A stretch of 64,000 nucleotides of DNA, taken from assembly GCA_041906885.1 (NCBI GenBank), contig JAYRII010000012.1, positions 94,955 through 158,954 of the forward strand. The letters run 5' to 3'. Under the pieces are notes generated by a model that was not told where the DNA came from, did not search any database, and worked only from the letters and a program-made list of their open reading frames with translations. Shown here one piece after another: positions 8,575 to 17,734 of this stretch. The DNA comes from Candidatus Saccharimonadia bacterium. GTDB lineage: Bacteria > Patescibacteriota > Saccharimonadia > CAILAD01 > CAZGYV01. Position numbers and translations under genes: made by a program. Position 1 is the stretch's first letter; every line of letters starts with the position of its first letter.

Positions 8575-9064
8575 ACTTTAGATAAACCCCAACGGCGATG
8601 CCAATAGCACAGGCCACACCGCCGATTACTAGTACTTCGAGGCCGCTACGCAGGGGAGAGCGGCCGGTAATCTTGCCTTTGCCAAGCCCCAGTATAAAAA
8701 GCCCGACTAAAGCTAAAATGACACTGACTACCACCGAGATAGAAGGTGGCAAAAGCACAATCGGCGCGATTGGTAGCAATCCAGCCATAAAGTAGGCTAT
8801 AAACATAATTATGCCACCAAATACTGGCCGATCTTTGGCCTGGCCGTGCTTTAGCTCGTTGGTGGTTTGTTCGCTCAAAAATTCGCCAGCCGCCATCGAG
8901 ATACCAACAATACCAGCCAGGACAATAAATTTTGGATCTTGCGTACCGGCGCCAATGCCGGCGATTAGGCCCGTTGTAGACACCAGACTGTCTTCAATGC
9001 CAAAGAATGCACTACGCAAGTAGTCGCCCGACACTCTGTGGCGATGCTGTTTATGTCTACCCAT
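8561..9064 (-). CDS. VIT1/CCC1 family Fe/Mn transporter
   Basis: YLRSAFFGIEDSLVST, SMAAGEFLS and multiple TM helices. Confidence 0.85.
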   Translation of the reverse strand: MGRHKQHRHRVSGDYLRSAFFGIEDSLVSTTGLIAGIGAGTQDPKFIVLAGIVGISMAAGEFLSEQTTNELKHGQAKDRPVFGGIIMFIAYFMAGLLPIAPIVLLPPSISVVVSVILALVGLFILGLGKGKITGRSPLRSGLEVLVIGGVACAIGIAVGVYLKSSSI

Positions 9065-9127
9065 AAATAAATTATAACCTAAAAAGCTTGAGCTTATATA
9101 AAAAAGCTAAAAAGTCGTAAAAAACTC

Positions 9128-9180
9128 TTGCCAGTGGGTATAGTAAAGTATTATACTGATTGTAGTGGGTGAAAGTGGGT
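9128..9180 (+). promoter_or_regulatory. dcw promoter with MraZ-type GTGGG direct repeats
   Basis: TTGCCA (9128-9133), 18-nt spacer, TATACT (9152-9157). GTGGG occurs at 9134, 9165 and 9175; the last two are 10 bp apart, as in known MraZ operators. Confidence 0.7.
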
Positions 9181-9228
9181 AATACTAAACAATAGAAATA
9201 AGTCAAAAGAAAGCCACCACTTTTTAAG

Positions 9229-9600
9229 ATGAACACACGAGAAATAGATTACTTTGAAAGAAAGCTTGATGATAAGAATCGCTTATCAATTCCAACCGCC
9301 TTGCAAGAAGAATTTGGCGAAAGAGTTGTGATCACTCGTGGATTTGGCGATTATCTTCATCTCTACCCTGAAAAGGTATGGAATATAGACATGGAATCGG
9401 CCTTAGCTGGAGATATTCTCGATGAGCGAGTAGCTGATCTTAATGTCAAATTCCGCACCGGAAAAGTGATCGCTACCTTGGACAAAAAACAAGGTCGGAT
9501 CACACTTGAATCTCATCATTTGGTGTACGCGCGGATTGATCGCGATGTAGTTGCCGTACGAGCTGGCAAATACTGGCGCATTCAACCAAAAAAACACTAA
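9229..9600 (+). CDS. mraZ: Transcriptional regulator MraZ (short, 123 aa)
   Basis: LDDKNRLSIP and LDKKQGRITL repeats; first gene of the dcw cluster. Confidence 0.85.
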   Translation: MNTREIDYFERKLDDKNRLSIPTALQEEFGERVVITRGFGDYLHLYPEKVWNIDMESALAGDILDERVADLNVKFRTGKVIATLDKKQGRITLESHHLVYARIDRDVVAVRAGKYWRIQPKKH

Positions 9601-9660
9601 TTGATGGGGTTTAAAAAATAAACCAAGCAACTTGAAAAAACAAAAATAAAAATATCAAGA

Positions 9661-9910
9661 TCAGCTATTCGGCAGTCAGTAAGCGCATCAAAGTAACGAG
9701 CGGCGCTTACCAACTGCTCTGACGTACCTTTTTAAAGATCAAAGGAAACAAAACTCCACCTCACAAACTTTAACTCTTGTATCTTGGACTTATTCTTTTA
9801 CTATAAGCATAAGTCCTTGCCACACAATCGTTGGGACACCTTACTAGTCCTAACAAACACTTTTTCAAAAACAAAAACAAACATAGACAACTGGCTGCTG
9901 AATAGGTAAC
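9661..9910 (+). ncRNA. Candidate structured cis-regulatory RNA between mraZ and rsmH
   Basis: 16-bp long-range helix 9665-9680/9890-9905 (2 G.U), a competing hairpin at 9672-9717, and internal hairpins GGACTTA/TAAGTCC and TTGGGAC/GTCCTAA. Confidence 0.55.
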
Positions 9911-9919
9911 CTTGACAAT

Positions 9920-10822
9920 ATGGAACCACACAACCCAGTCTTAATTGACAGTGTATTAGATGTGACGAGTTCGCATTATGGAGATAGATATTTGGATTTG
10001 ACAGCAGGATATGGTGGGCATGCAGCAAAAGTATTAGAAAGAGTTGGCGCAAAAGGACAAGCCTGGCTGTATGATCAAGACGACGAAGCGATTGACCACC
10101 TGCGACGTAAATTTAAGGACGCCTCAAATGTTGTGATCACGAAGAGTAATTTTAACGAGATTGATTTTCGCACTTTGCCAGATTTTGAGAGTATTTTGAT
10201 GGACTTAGGCGTCAGCTCACCACAGCTAGATGAGCCGTCAAGGGGATTTAGCTTTAACAAAGAGGCGGATTTAGATATGCGTATGGATAGAACTCGCGAG
10301 CTTGATGCGCGTGAGATTGTGAATACTTATGATGAGAAGAAGTTAGCAGATATTTTTTATCGATACGGCGAAGAGCGTAAGAGTAGACAGGTCGCGAGGG
10401 CAATTTGTGAAGCAAGGAGGGTGAGACCAATTGCAAGCACAATAGAACTGGCTAGTATCATCGAGAGGGTTGTGAAAAAAAGTAATAAAATCCATCCTGC
10501 TACGAAGGTTTTTCAGGCTCTACGTATCGAAGTTAATGATGAGCTTAGCGTACTTGAGGACGCTTTACCGAAGATTGTTACTAAGCTCACGCCAGGTGGC
10601 AGATTGGTGATTATTACCTTTCATTCACTCGAAGATCGGATCGTTAAACAGTACTTTAAATCACTTGTGACGCTAGAGCGTGATAACTTTGGACATGAAA
10701 TTGGGGTTCCACAATTCAAATTAGTTACCAAACGTCCGATTAAAGGTTCGGTAGTAGACCGAAATAATCCCCGTAGCAGGAGTGCTAAGCTCCGCGCTAT
10801 CGAGAAAATCAAACAAAAATAA
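9920..10822 (+). CDS. rsmH: 16S rRNA m4C1402 methyltransferase RsmH
   Basis: HNPVL, DLTAGYGGH, DLGVSSPQLD, FHSLEDRIVK and NPRSRSAKLR. Confidence 0.96.
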   Translation: MEPHNPVLIDSVLDVTSSHYGDRYLDLTAGYGGHAAKVLERVGAKGQAWLYDQDDEAIDHLRRKFKDASNVVITKSNFNEIDFRTLPDFESILMDLGVSSPQLDEPSRGFSFNKEADLDMRMDRTRELDAREIVNTYDEKKLADIFYRYGEERKSRQVARAICEARRVRPIASTIELASIIERVVKKSNKIHPATKVFQALRIEVNDELSVLEDALPKIVTKLTPGGRLVIITFHSLEDRIVKQYFKSLVTLERDNFGHEIGVPQFKLVTKRPIKGSVVDRNNPRSRSAKLRAIEKIKQK

Positions 10823-10835
10823 AAAGGAGGCGAGT

Positions 10836-10901
10836 ATGACATTAGTAGTCAAGAATCTTAGACCAAGAGCGGTCAAGCTAAAAGTCCGCGTCGTAAAATA
10901 A
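10836..10901 (+). CDS. Putative 21-aa basic peptide MTLVVKNLRPRAVKLKVRVVK
   Basis: AAGGAGG RBS 5 nt before ATG, directly after the rsmH stop; below the ORF-track length cutoff. Confidence 0.5.
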   Translation: MTLVVKNLRPRAVKLKVRVVK

Positions 10902-11021
10902 TTCATTTGAGTACTGCTTGACTAGTAGAAATAATACATCAGCAGTACCTCAAGTAGGCTTGAATAGAACAATCATTCAAGCCTCGTCATCATAAAAACA
11001 AAAATCAAAGGAAAAATAAAC

Positions 11022-11348
11022 ATGACAACTTCAGCCGTGGCTATGCGCCGCAATCAGAATTTAACCCGTACTAGCACCAGTATACAGTCTGGCCCGTTGA
11101 CGGTTAGTTTTATGTTTATTGCCCTGGTTATTTTATTATCTCTTTTGTATTTAAACCAAGTCACCAAGACATCTACCTTTAACTACAAAATTGCGAATCT
11201 GGATAGCAAGCACAAACAGCTCGAAGCTATGAAAGAAAAAATGCAAATTGATGCAGCCAGACTGCAGTCTCTCTCAAACGTGCGAGATTCCGCTGCAGTT
11301 GGTAAAATGGTAAATGTCGAGAGCGTAAGCTATGCTGATGCGCGATAG
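11022..11348 (+). CDS. ftsL: FtsL-like cell division protein
   Basis: Short cytoplasmic tail, TM helix and coiled coil; lies between rsmH and the PBP gene. Confidence 0.7.
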   Translation: MTTSAVAMRRNQNLTRTSTSIQSGPLTVSFMFIALVILLSLLYLNQVTKTSTFNYKIANLDSKHKQLEAMKEKMQIDAARLQSLSNVRDSAAVGKMVNVESVSYADAR

Positions 11349-11379
11349 TTTATAACTTGATCTAAAACAAGAGGGTATT

Positions 11380-13128
11380 TTGGCTTTTACAGATAATTTG
11401 CGGGCCAGTCGCCGTATTACAATCATCACGGTATTTTTTGCTATCTGCTCGATGGCGGTTACAGCACGCTTATTTGAAGTTCAAGTCGTCAAAAGTCAGG
11501 AGTATATAGCCAAGGCTGACGCTCAACAAGAAAGAAAATTTCAGATCCCAGCAAAGCGTGGGCAAATTTATTTGAGTGAGAATAATGATCTTTATCCAAT
11601 TGCCTTAAATCAGAGCTTAAAGATGCTTTATGTCGATCCCAAGTTTGTGCAAGACCCAGCCCAGTCAGCCCAAAAGCTATCTCAAGTTACTGGCCTTGAC
11701 CAAGTCAAACTAGAAAAAATTTTAACTTTTGATGGCAAGAAACGCTATGAAGTCATAAAAGAAAAGGTCTCGGCTGAAGAGTCTGCCAAGATTCAAGCTC
11801 TTAGGTTGCAAGGCGTGGTGCTAGCGGACAAGGACTACCGTTATTATCCTGAGGCGAATTTGTTTTCGCATGTCTTAGGCTATGTCAACATCGATGGAGA
11901 GGGTCAATATGGTATCGAACAATACCTCAACGATGATTTGACAGGCCAGCCGGGCCAGGTTAAGGCAGTGACTGATAGCTTCGGTGTGCCAATCGTCAGT
12001 CAGGAAAACACCATCAATGACCCGAAGAATGGTAATAGCTATATCTTGACGATTGATCGTTCGATTCAAAATATTGCTGACCGTGCTCTAAAGGATGCAG
12101 TTGAGAAAAACAAAGCTGAATCGGGCAGTATCGTGGTAATGGATCCCAAAACGGGCGCCATTAAAGCACTGGTCAATTATCCTAACTTTGACCCCAATAA
12201 TTATGCCAGCGTGAAGCCGGAAGATTATCGCCGTTTCATCAATAGTACCGTCTCAAATCAATTTGAACCGGGCTCTGGCTTTAAAGTTTTCACTATGTCA
12301 GCTGGTATTGATACGGGCAAGGTCAAAGCCGATACGACCTATAATGATACTGGTGAGGTTAAAGTGGCCGATCGCACCATCAAGAACGCTGAAAATCATA
12401 AGTTTGGTATTCAAACTATGACAGATGTCATTCAGAAGTCACTTAATACTGGCGTGGTTTTTGTCTTAAAGCAGCTTGGCGGTGATTCAAATAAAATTAC
12501 CAGGGCTGGTAAAGAAATATTTTATAAATACATCAGAGACTTTGGTTTTGGTGAACGAACTGGTATCGAGCAGGCTGGTGAAGCTACGGGCAAGGTCAGG
12601 GATGCTAAAGCTTCAGATGTGGATTATGCTAATATGACTTTTGGCCAGGGCTTATCAACCACGACAATTCAGATGGTTCAGGCAGTCGGTGCGATTGCCA
12701 ATGGCGGTACCATATACCAACCTTATTTGGTCGACAAGACTATCAATGCCGATCAAGATGTTGTGGATAATAAGCCAAAGGTAGTTAAGGATCGAGTTAT
12801 TAGTAAGCAATCGGCTGCAATTGTCGCTTCGATGATGCAAAAAGTTGTTGAGCATGGTTCTGGCTATGCGACCAGGATTAAAGGTTATAACATTGCCGGT
12901 AAAACTGGAACAGCTCAGGTACCTCGGGCAGATGGACAGGGTTACGATGAGGATAAAAATATTGGTAGTTTTGTTGGTTTTGCTCCAACCGAAGATCCGA
13001 AGTTCGTCATGATGGTTAGGATTGACTATCCGCATGTCTCTGGCTTTGCTGAGAAAACTGCCGTACCGGCTTTTGCGATAGTAGCAAAAGAACTATTAAA
13101 GTATTATCAGATACCTCCTAGTAGCTAG
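11380..13128 (+). CDS. ftsI: Class B penicillin-binding protein (FtsI-type)
   Basis: AKRGQIY, RYYP, EPGSGFK (SxxK), SLN (SxN) and KTGTAQ. Confidence 0.92.
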   Translation: MAFTDNLRASRRITIITVFFAICSMAVTARLFEVQVVKSQEYIAKADAQQERKFQIPAKRGQIYLSENNDLYPIALNQSLKMLYVDPKFVQDPAQSAQKLSQVTGLDQVKLEKILTFDGKKRYEVIKEKVSAEESAKIQALRLQGVVLADKDYRYYPEANLFSHVLGYVNIDGEGQYGIEQYLNDDLTGQPGQVKAVTDSFGVPIVSQENTINDPKNGNSYILTIDRSIQNIADRALKDAVEKNKAESGSIVVMDPKTGAIKALVNYPNFDPNNYASVKPEDYRRFINSTVSNQFEPGSGFKVFTMSAGIDTGKVKADTTYNDTGEVKVADRTIKNAENHKFGIQTMTDVIQKSLNTGVVFVLKQLGGDSNKITRAGKEIFYKYIRDFGFGERTGIEQAGEATGKVRDAKASDVDYANMTFGQGLSTTTIQMVQAVGAIANGGTIYQPYLVDKTINADQDVVDNKPKVVKDRVISKQSAAIVASMMQKVVEHGSGYATRIKGYNIAGKTGTAQVPRADGQGYDEDKNIGSFVGFAPTEDPKFVMMVRIDYPHVSGFAEKTAVPAFAIVAKELLKYYQIPPSS

Positions 13129-13150
13129 TATGATAAAATAATTATATAAA

Positions 13151-14176
13151 ATGACAGAAATCACCATAATTTCACAACTGATGCGTATCTTGCTTCTAGC
13201 TTTTTCTAGCTTCTTGCTGGCAATGTGCTTAACACCGGTTTATACCCACTTTGCTTACAAGCATAAGTGGTGGAAGCAGGTGCGTGATACCACTACAACG
13301 GGAGAAAAAGCACCGGTATTTTATAAGCTTCACGCCGCGAAGCACAAACGACATATTCCGACAATGGCCGGGCTTATTATGATAGTGGTGGTCTCAATTA
13401 TTACACTTTTGTTCAACTGGAGTCGATCGCAAACCTACTTGCCGCTTTTCGGGTTGGTTTGCGCTGGAGCAGTTGGCTTGATCGATGACATTATAAATAT
13501 TAGGGGTGATGGTAAAGGGGTGGCGGGTATGCGTGGTAAGATAAAATTTGGTTTGATTCTGACAATCGCGGTCGTTGGCGCTTTGTATTTCTACTTCAAG
13601 CTTGGCTATGACTTGCTGCACATTCCGGCGGTCGGCACATTTAGTATTGGCTGGCTTTATATGCCGCTCTTTGTCTTGGTGGTAATATGCACGGCTAATG
13701 CGGTTAATATTACAGACGGTCTCGACGGTTTGTCGGGAGGGCTTTTGGCGACAGCTTTTAGTGCTTTTGCAGTGATTGCTTTTGCTCAGGGTAATTTTGG
13801 TATCGCCACATTTTGTGCCACGGTTGTCGGTGCAGTATTGGCCTATACTTGGTTTAACATTTTTCCGGCTCGGTTTTTCATGGGTGATTCGGGGGCGTTT
13901 GCACTTGGTACGGCATTGGGTGTAATTGCGATGTTGACTGATTCAGCCTTAGTTTTACCGATCATCGGAGCTGTCTTTGTGGCTGAAGCTGGCTCCAGTG
14001 TCTTACAAATAGTCTCCAAAAAACTATTTAATCAAAAAATATTTTTGTCAGCTCCATTACATCATCATCTAGAAGCTAAAGGCTGGCCAGAGACTAAGGT
14101 CACTATGCGTCTGTGGATTATTGGTGCGGCTGTTGGTATCTTGGGTCTGATTATTGGTCTGATTGCACGCGGGTAG
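13151..14176 (+). CDS. mraY: Phospho-N-acetylmuramoyl-pentapeptide transferase
   Basis: PTMAG, GLIDD, NAVNITDGLDGL, FMGDSG and APLHHH. Confidence 0.95.
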   Translation: MTEITIISQLMRILLLAFSSFLLAMCLTPVYTHFAYKHKWWKQVRDTTTTGEKAPVFYKLHAAKHKRHIPTMAGLIMIVVVSIITLLFNWSRSQTYLPLFGLVCAGAVGLIDDIINIRGDGKGVAGMRGKIKFGLILTIAVVGALYFYFKLGYDLLHIPAVGTFSIGWLYMPLFVLVVICTANAVNITDGLDGLSGGLLATAFSAFAVIAFAQGNFGIATFCATVVGAVLAYTWFNIFPARFFMGDSGAFALGTALGVIAMLTDSALVLPIIGAVFVAEAGSSVLQIVSKKLFNQKIFLSAPLHHHLEAKGWPETKVTMRLWIIGAAVGILGLIIGLIARG

Positions 14177-14181
14177 ATCGT

Positions 14182-15414
14182 TTGAGAGCAAATCGCACCA
14201 GTACAAAAATTAATCAACCTCACCGGCCAGACTATATAATCGCAGTTTTTGTTATCACTTTAATTGCGATTGGGTTAGTTATGATCTATTCGACTGGGTC
14301 AATTGTCAGCTTTAATGTTACCGGTGGCTCATCGGATAAGAATACGTTTTTCTACACTCAGTTGATTAGTTTTTGTTTGGGTTTGGTTGCCTGGTATGGA
14401 GTAAGTAAGGTTGATTACCATAAGTGGCGCAAATGGGCTCCGTGGATATTTTATTGTTCACTGGTATTGATGTTTTTAGTGCTAATTCCTCAGTTTTCAA
14501 TGGCTACCAAGGGTGCCACGAGGTGGCTGAAAATAGGTATTTTGCCAGGTTTCCAGCCGGTAGAATTTTTTAAGCTCGGCCTGGTGCTCTATTTGGCATC
14601 GTGGATCGAGAAAAATCGTGAGAATCTTGGCAAGATATCTACCGGCCTGATTCCATTTCTTATCATAATTGGTTTAATCTCCGTTCTGGTGATGGTTATC
14701 CAAAAAGATATGGGGAGTGCAGCGGTGCTTGTTGGTGCGGCATTGAGCATCTATTTTATCTCCGGTGTGCCACTTTGGATTTTCGGTGCGGGAGTAGCTT
14801 CGCTGCTCGCTGGTGCTACTATGATGGTAATGATATTTCCGTATAGATTAGCTCGGGTTTTGACATTCATCAACCACAAGGAAGATACTGCCGGTAGCGG
14901 CTATCATATAAATCAAGCTTTAATTGCATTAGGCAGCGGTGGCATTCTAGGCAAAGGGCTGGGCAAGACCCTGCAGGCTTATGGCTATTTACCAGAATCT
15001 ACTAATGATTCGATTTTTGCTATTATCGGCGAAGAATTCGGGCTTTGGGGCGCAATGTTGGTTATAATGTTATTTAGCGGATTGGTTTATCGGGGCTTAC
15101 GCATTAGCCGTCATGCTCCTGATGGATTTGGTAGATCGGTAGCAATTGGTATCACGGCATGGATTGGCTTCCAGGCACTGATTAATGTCGCTGCCATGCT
15201 CAACCTGATACCATTAACGGGCATTCCGTTGCCATTTATCAGCTACGGTGGCACCAGCTTGCTGGCCCTCTTGGCTGCAGTTGGTATCTTGCAGAATATA
15301 TCAAAATTCACATATAAAGAGGCAATTCATGAGAGTAGCAGTATCAGGCGGGGGAACCGCCGGCCATATAGCGCCAATTCTGGCAATGCTCGAAGAGTTA
15401 AAATCGTACAATAA
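14182..15414 (+). CDS. ftsW: SEDS peptidoglycan polymerase FtsW (start approximate, TTG)
   Basis: GATRW, FQPVEFFK, QKDMG, YLPESTNDSIFAI and GIPLPFISYGG. Confidence 0.92.
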   Translation: MRANRTSTKINQPHRPDYIIAVFVITLIAIGLVMIYSTGSIVSFNVTGGSSDKNTFFYTQLISFCLGLVAWYGVSKVDYHKWRKWAPWIFYCSLVLMFLVLIPQFSMATKGATRWLKIGILPGFQPVEFFKLGLVLYLASWIEKNRENLGKISTGLIPFLIIIGLISVLVMVIQKDMGSAAVLVGAALSIYFISGVPLWIFGAGVASLLAGATMMVMIFPYRLARVLTFINHKEDTAGSGYHINQALIALGSGGILGKGLGKTLQAYGYLPESTNDSIFAIIGEEFGLWGAMLVIMLFSGLVYRGLRISRHAPDGFGRSVAIGITAWIGFQALINVAAMLNLIPLTGIPLPFISYGGTSLLALLAAVGILQNISKFTYKEAIHESSSIRRGNRRPYSANSGNARRVKIVQ

Positions 15415-16486
15415 GTCAATAGAGATCTTATTTATTGGATCGGGAGGCTCGATTGAGAAAAAAATTCTTGAAGGGGTTGGTTTGCAGTACGTTCAAATTC
15501 CTGCCGGCAAGTTCAGGCGTTACAATCGCTCCATTATCCAGGCTGCTCTTGATGTCAAAACCAACTGGAAGAATACAAAAGATTTTTTTAGATTTAATGC
15601 CGGTATTTTGAAAGCGCACAAGATCTTGCGTAAGTTTGATCCGGACGTTGTTTTTGTCAAAGGGGGCTTTGTCGGCTTACCGGTTGGGATTGCTGCCCGA
15701 CGCCTGAAGCTGCCACTAGTGATTCATGAATCAGATTTGTCCTTTGGGATGACAAACCAATTTTTAGCCAAATTTGCAGACAAAATTGCCGTTGGCTTTC
15801 CGCTTGAATTTTATCGCCAATTACCACACAAAAATCTAGTTTATACAGGTTCACCCATACCGCGCAGCAGTCTCGTTGGAGATAAGAAGTCTGCCAAGTT
15901 GTATTTTAAGATAACAGAAGAAAAACCGAACATATTTATTACTGGTGGTTCACAAGGGGCTCAGCCTATCAATAAGGTTATCTTCGATAGTTTAGAGCTA
16001 CTGGCCAGGAATTATAATCTTATTCATCAGACAGGGGAGGGTGACATTGAGCGGGCCAGATTTCTGGCTAGTCGCTTGAAGCCAGCGGAGAAGAAGTCGT
16101 ATCGACCTTATAGCTTTCTAAAAACCGAAATGGGCTTGGCTTACGCGCTTGCCGATATCGTAATCTCGAGAGCTGGAGCTAATGCACTGATCAATCTGGC
16201 AGCTTGGCGTAAGCCGTCTATCATTATCCCATTACCGAGCTCTGCCCAGGATCATCAATCCGAAAACGCCCGTTTATTGGCCCGGGCTGGTGCTATTAGG
16301 ATGATGCCACAGGCAAATTTAACAGGTCTGCGATTGGCCTCAGAGATCGATGGAATTTTAAAAAATAAAGAAGCCCAGGCTTATTTGGCTGAAGGCATTC
16401 ACAAATTCTACAATCAAGATGCAGCGGGTGATCTGGCCAAAGTGATTTATGATGTTGGTACGGGCCAGGGGAGCAAAACGCATTGA
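15329..16486 (+). CDS. murG: MurG glycosyltransferase
   Basis: MRVAVSGGGTAGH, KGGFV, HESD, GGSQGA, SRAGA and HQSENA. Confidence 0.94.
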   Translation: MRVAVSGGGTAGHIAPILAMLEELKSYNKSIEILFIGSGGSIEKKILEGVGLQYVQIPAGKFRRYNRSIIQAALDVKTNWKNTKDFFRFNAGILKAHKILRKFDPDVVFVKGGFVGLPVGIAARRLKLPLVIHESDLSFGMTNQFLAKFADKIAVGFPLEFYRQLPHKNLVYTGSPIPRSSLVGDKKSAKLYFKITEEKPNIFITGGSQGAQPINKVIFDSLELLARNYNLIHQTGEGDIERARFLASRLKPAEKKSYRPYSFLKTEMGLAYALADIVISRAGANALINLAAWRKPSIIIPLPSSAQDHQSENARLLARAGAIRMMPQANLTGLRLASEIDGILKNKEAQAYLAEGIHKFYNQDAAGDLAKVIYDVGTGQGSKTH

Positions 16487-17292
16487 GGGGCCGCAATGTA
16501 CGTAAGCCATCTCGAATAGCAACCGCACCGGTCTATCGCACCAGGTATACAGAGCCCAAAAAACCGATTCAAATTCGCAATATTGTGCGACCCATATTTT
16601 ATGTTTTTATTGTCAGCTTAGTCTTTTGGTGGATATTTTTGTCGGGATTTTTTACGGTCAAACAAATTGATGTAAAAGGGAATCGAACGGTCTCAGGTAG
16701 AGAAGTTGCGGAGCAATTAACAAATATTATGAATAGCTCGATATTGGGTAAAAATATCATTTTTATAAATACTAATAAACTGGCGGCCCAATTTGCAGAT
16801 AAGCATCCCCAGCTAAGTGGCATTAAGATTAAAAAGAAGTTCTTAAACAAGATCGAGATTAGTCTAACAGAACGACAGGCGTCTCTAATTTGGAAGACAG
16901 GCAATAACCAATTTGTTTTAAGCGAGGATGGTCGGGCATACAGTCAATGGAGCGGGGGGAGTACAAATCTACTGATCGTGACAGATGGTGCTAATCTGCC
17001 AGTTACAATTGGCCAACAGGTGGTACCAGCGAGTTTTATTGTTTTCACGCGCCAGCTGATTTCACGGCTGAACGAACAAAAAATTGCCTACAGCGGTATA
17101 TCTGTTCCTGAAACCACCAGCGAGGTATATATCACAACTAAAGATGGCTACATCTTAAAATTGGATACGACTAGATCGGTTGATGATCAGATAGCAGACC
17201 TAAAGGCAGTGATAGCATTACTGGCTAAACAAAAGAATAAGCCAAAAGAATATATCGATTTAAGGATATCAGGTAAAGTCTTCTATAAATAA
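16483..17292 (+). CDS. ftsQ: Cell division protein FtsQ/DivIB
   Basis: TM helix, POTRA-like region (VKQIDVKGN) and C-terminal EYIDLR. Confidence 0.85.
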   Translation: MRGRNVRKPSRIATAPVYRTRYTEPKKPIQIRNIVRPIFYVFIVSLVFWWIFLSGFFTVKQIDVKGNRTVSGREVAEQLTNIMNSSILGKNIIFINTNKLAAQFADKHPQLSGIKIKKKFLNKIEISLTERQASLIWKTGNNQFVLSEDGRAYSQWSGGSTNLLIVTDGANLPVTIGQQVVPASFIVFTRQLISRLNEQKIAYSGISVPETTSEVYITTKDGYILKLDTTRSVDDQIADLKAVIALLAKQKNKPKEYIDLRISGKVFYK

Positions 17293-17734
17293 GAACAATT
17301 TATTTAAAAAAATCATTTTGCACTACTTTTAAGTTCGGTATTTGTTTAACGGATAGTTTTAAACGGCGGAATCCTCTCGCGCTCAATAAAAAAAATGATG
17401 AGTTAGAGTGCCAAATAGGCGACAAAACTAAAAAATTTTATATAAATTAAAACATAAATTTATATAGCAAAACTTAATGTTATTTAATAGCACAAGCATG
17501 TTAATGCCTTTTAGTGGTGGTCTAATTTCATCGCAGGCATGCCTATGCTATAGATAGCTTATATCTGTCTATTACAGGAGTGTGTAGCGGCTTGAGTATT
17601 AACCATTTTGGTATATTTATACCTGCATGTGATAATAATACAGTGTCGCAAAATATACATTGTACGACGCTAACATCTATTATTTATCAAATGTGGCAAA
17701 AACACTACAGCACTATTACTTTTGCTTATACTCG

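Noticed and set aside
15329-15414. ftsW/murG overlap (and the similar xseA/xseB overlap) as programmed frameshifts
   Set aside because: Both partners are complete and have their own starts; overlaps are ordinary in compact genomes.
17293-17734. AT-rich gap after ftsQ as oriC or a dif site
   Set aside because: No TTATCCACA boxes or convincing Xer arms were seen, and the short ORFs there look spurious.
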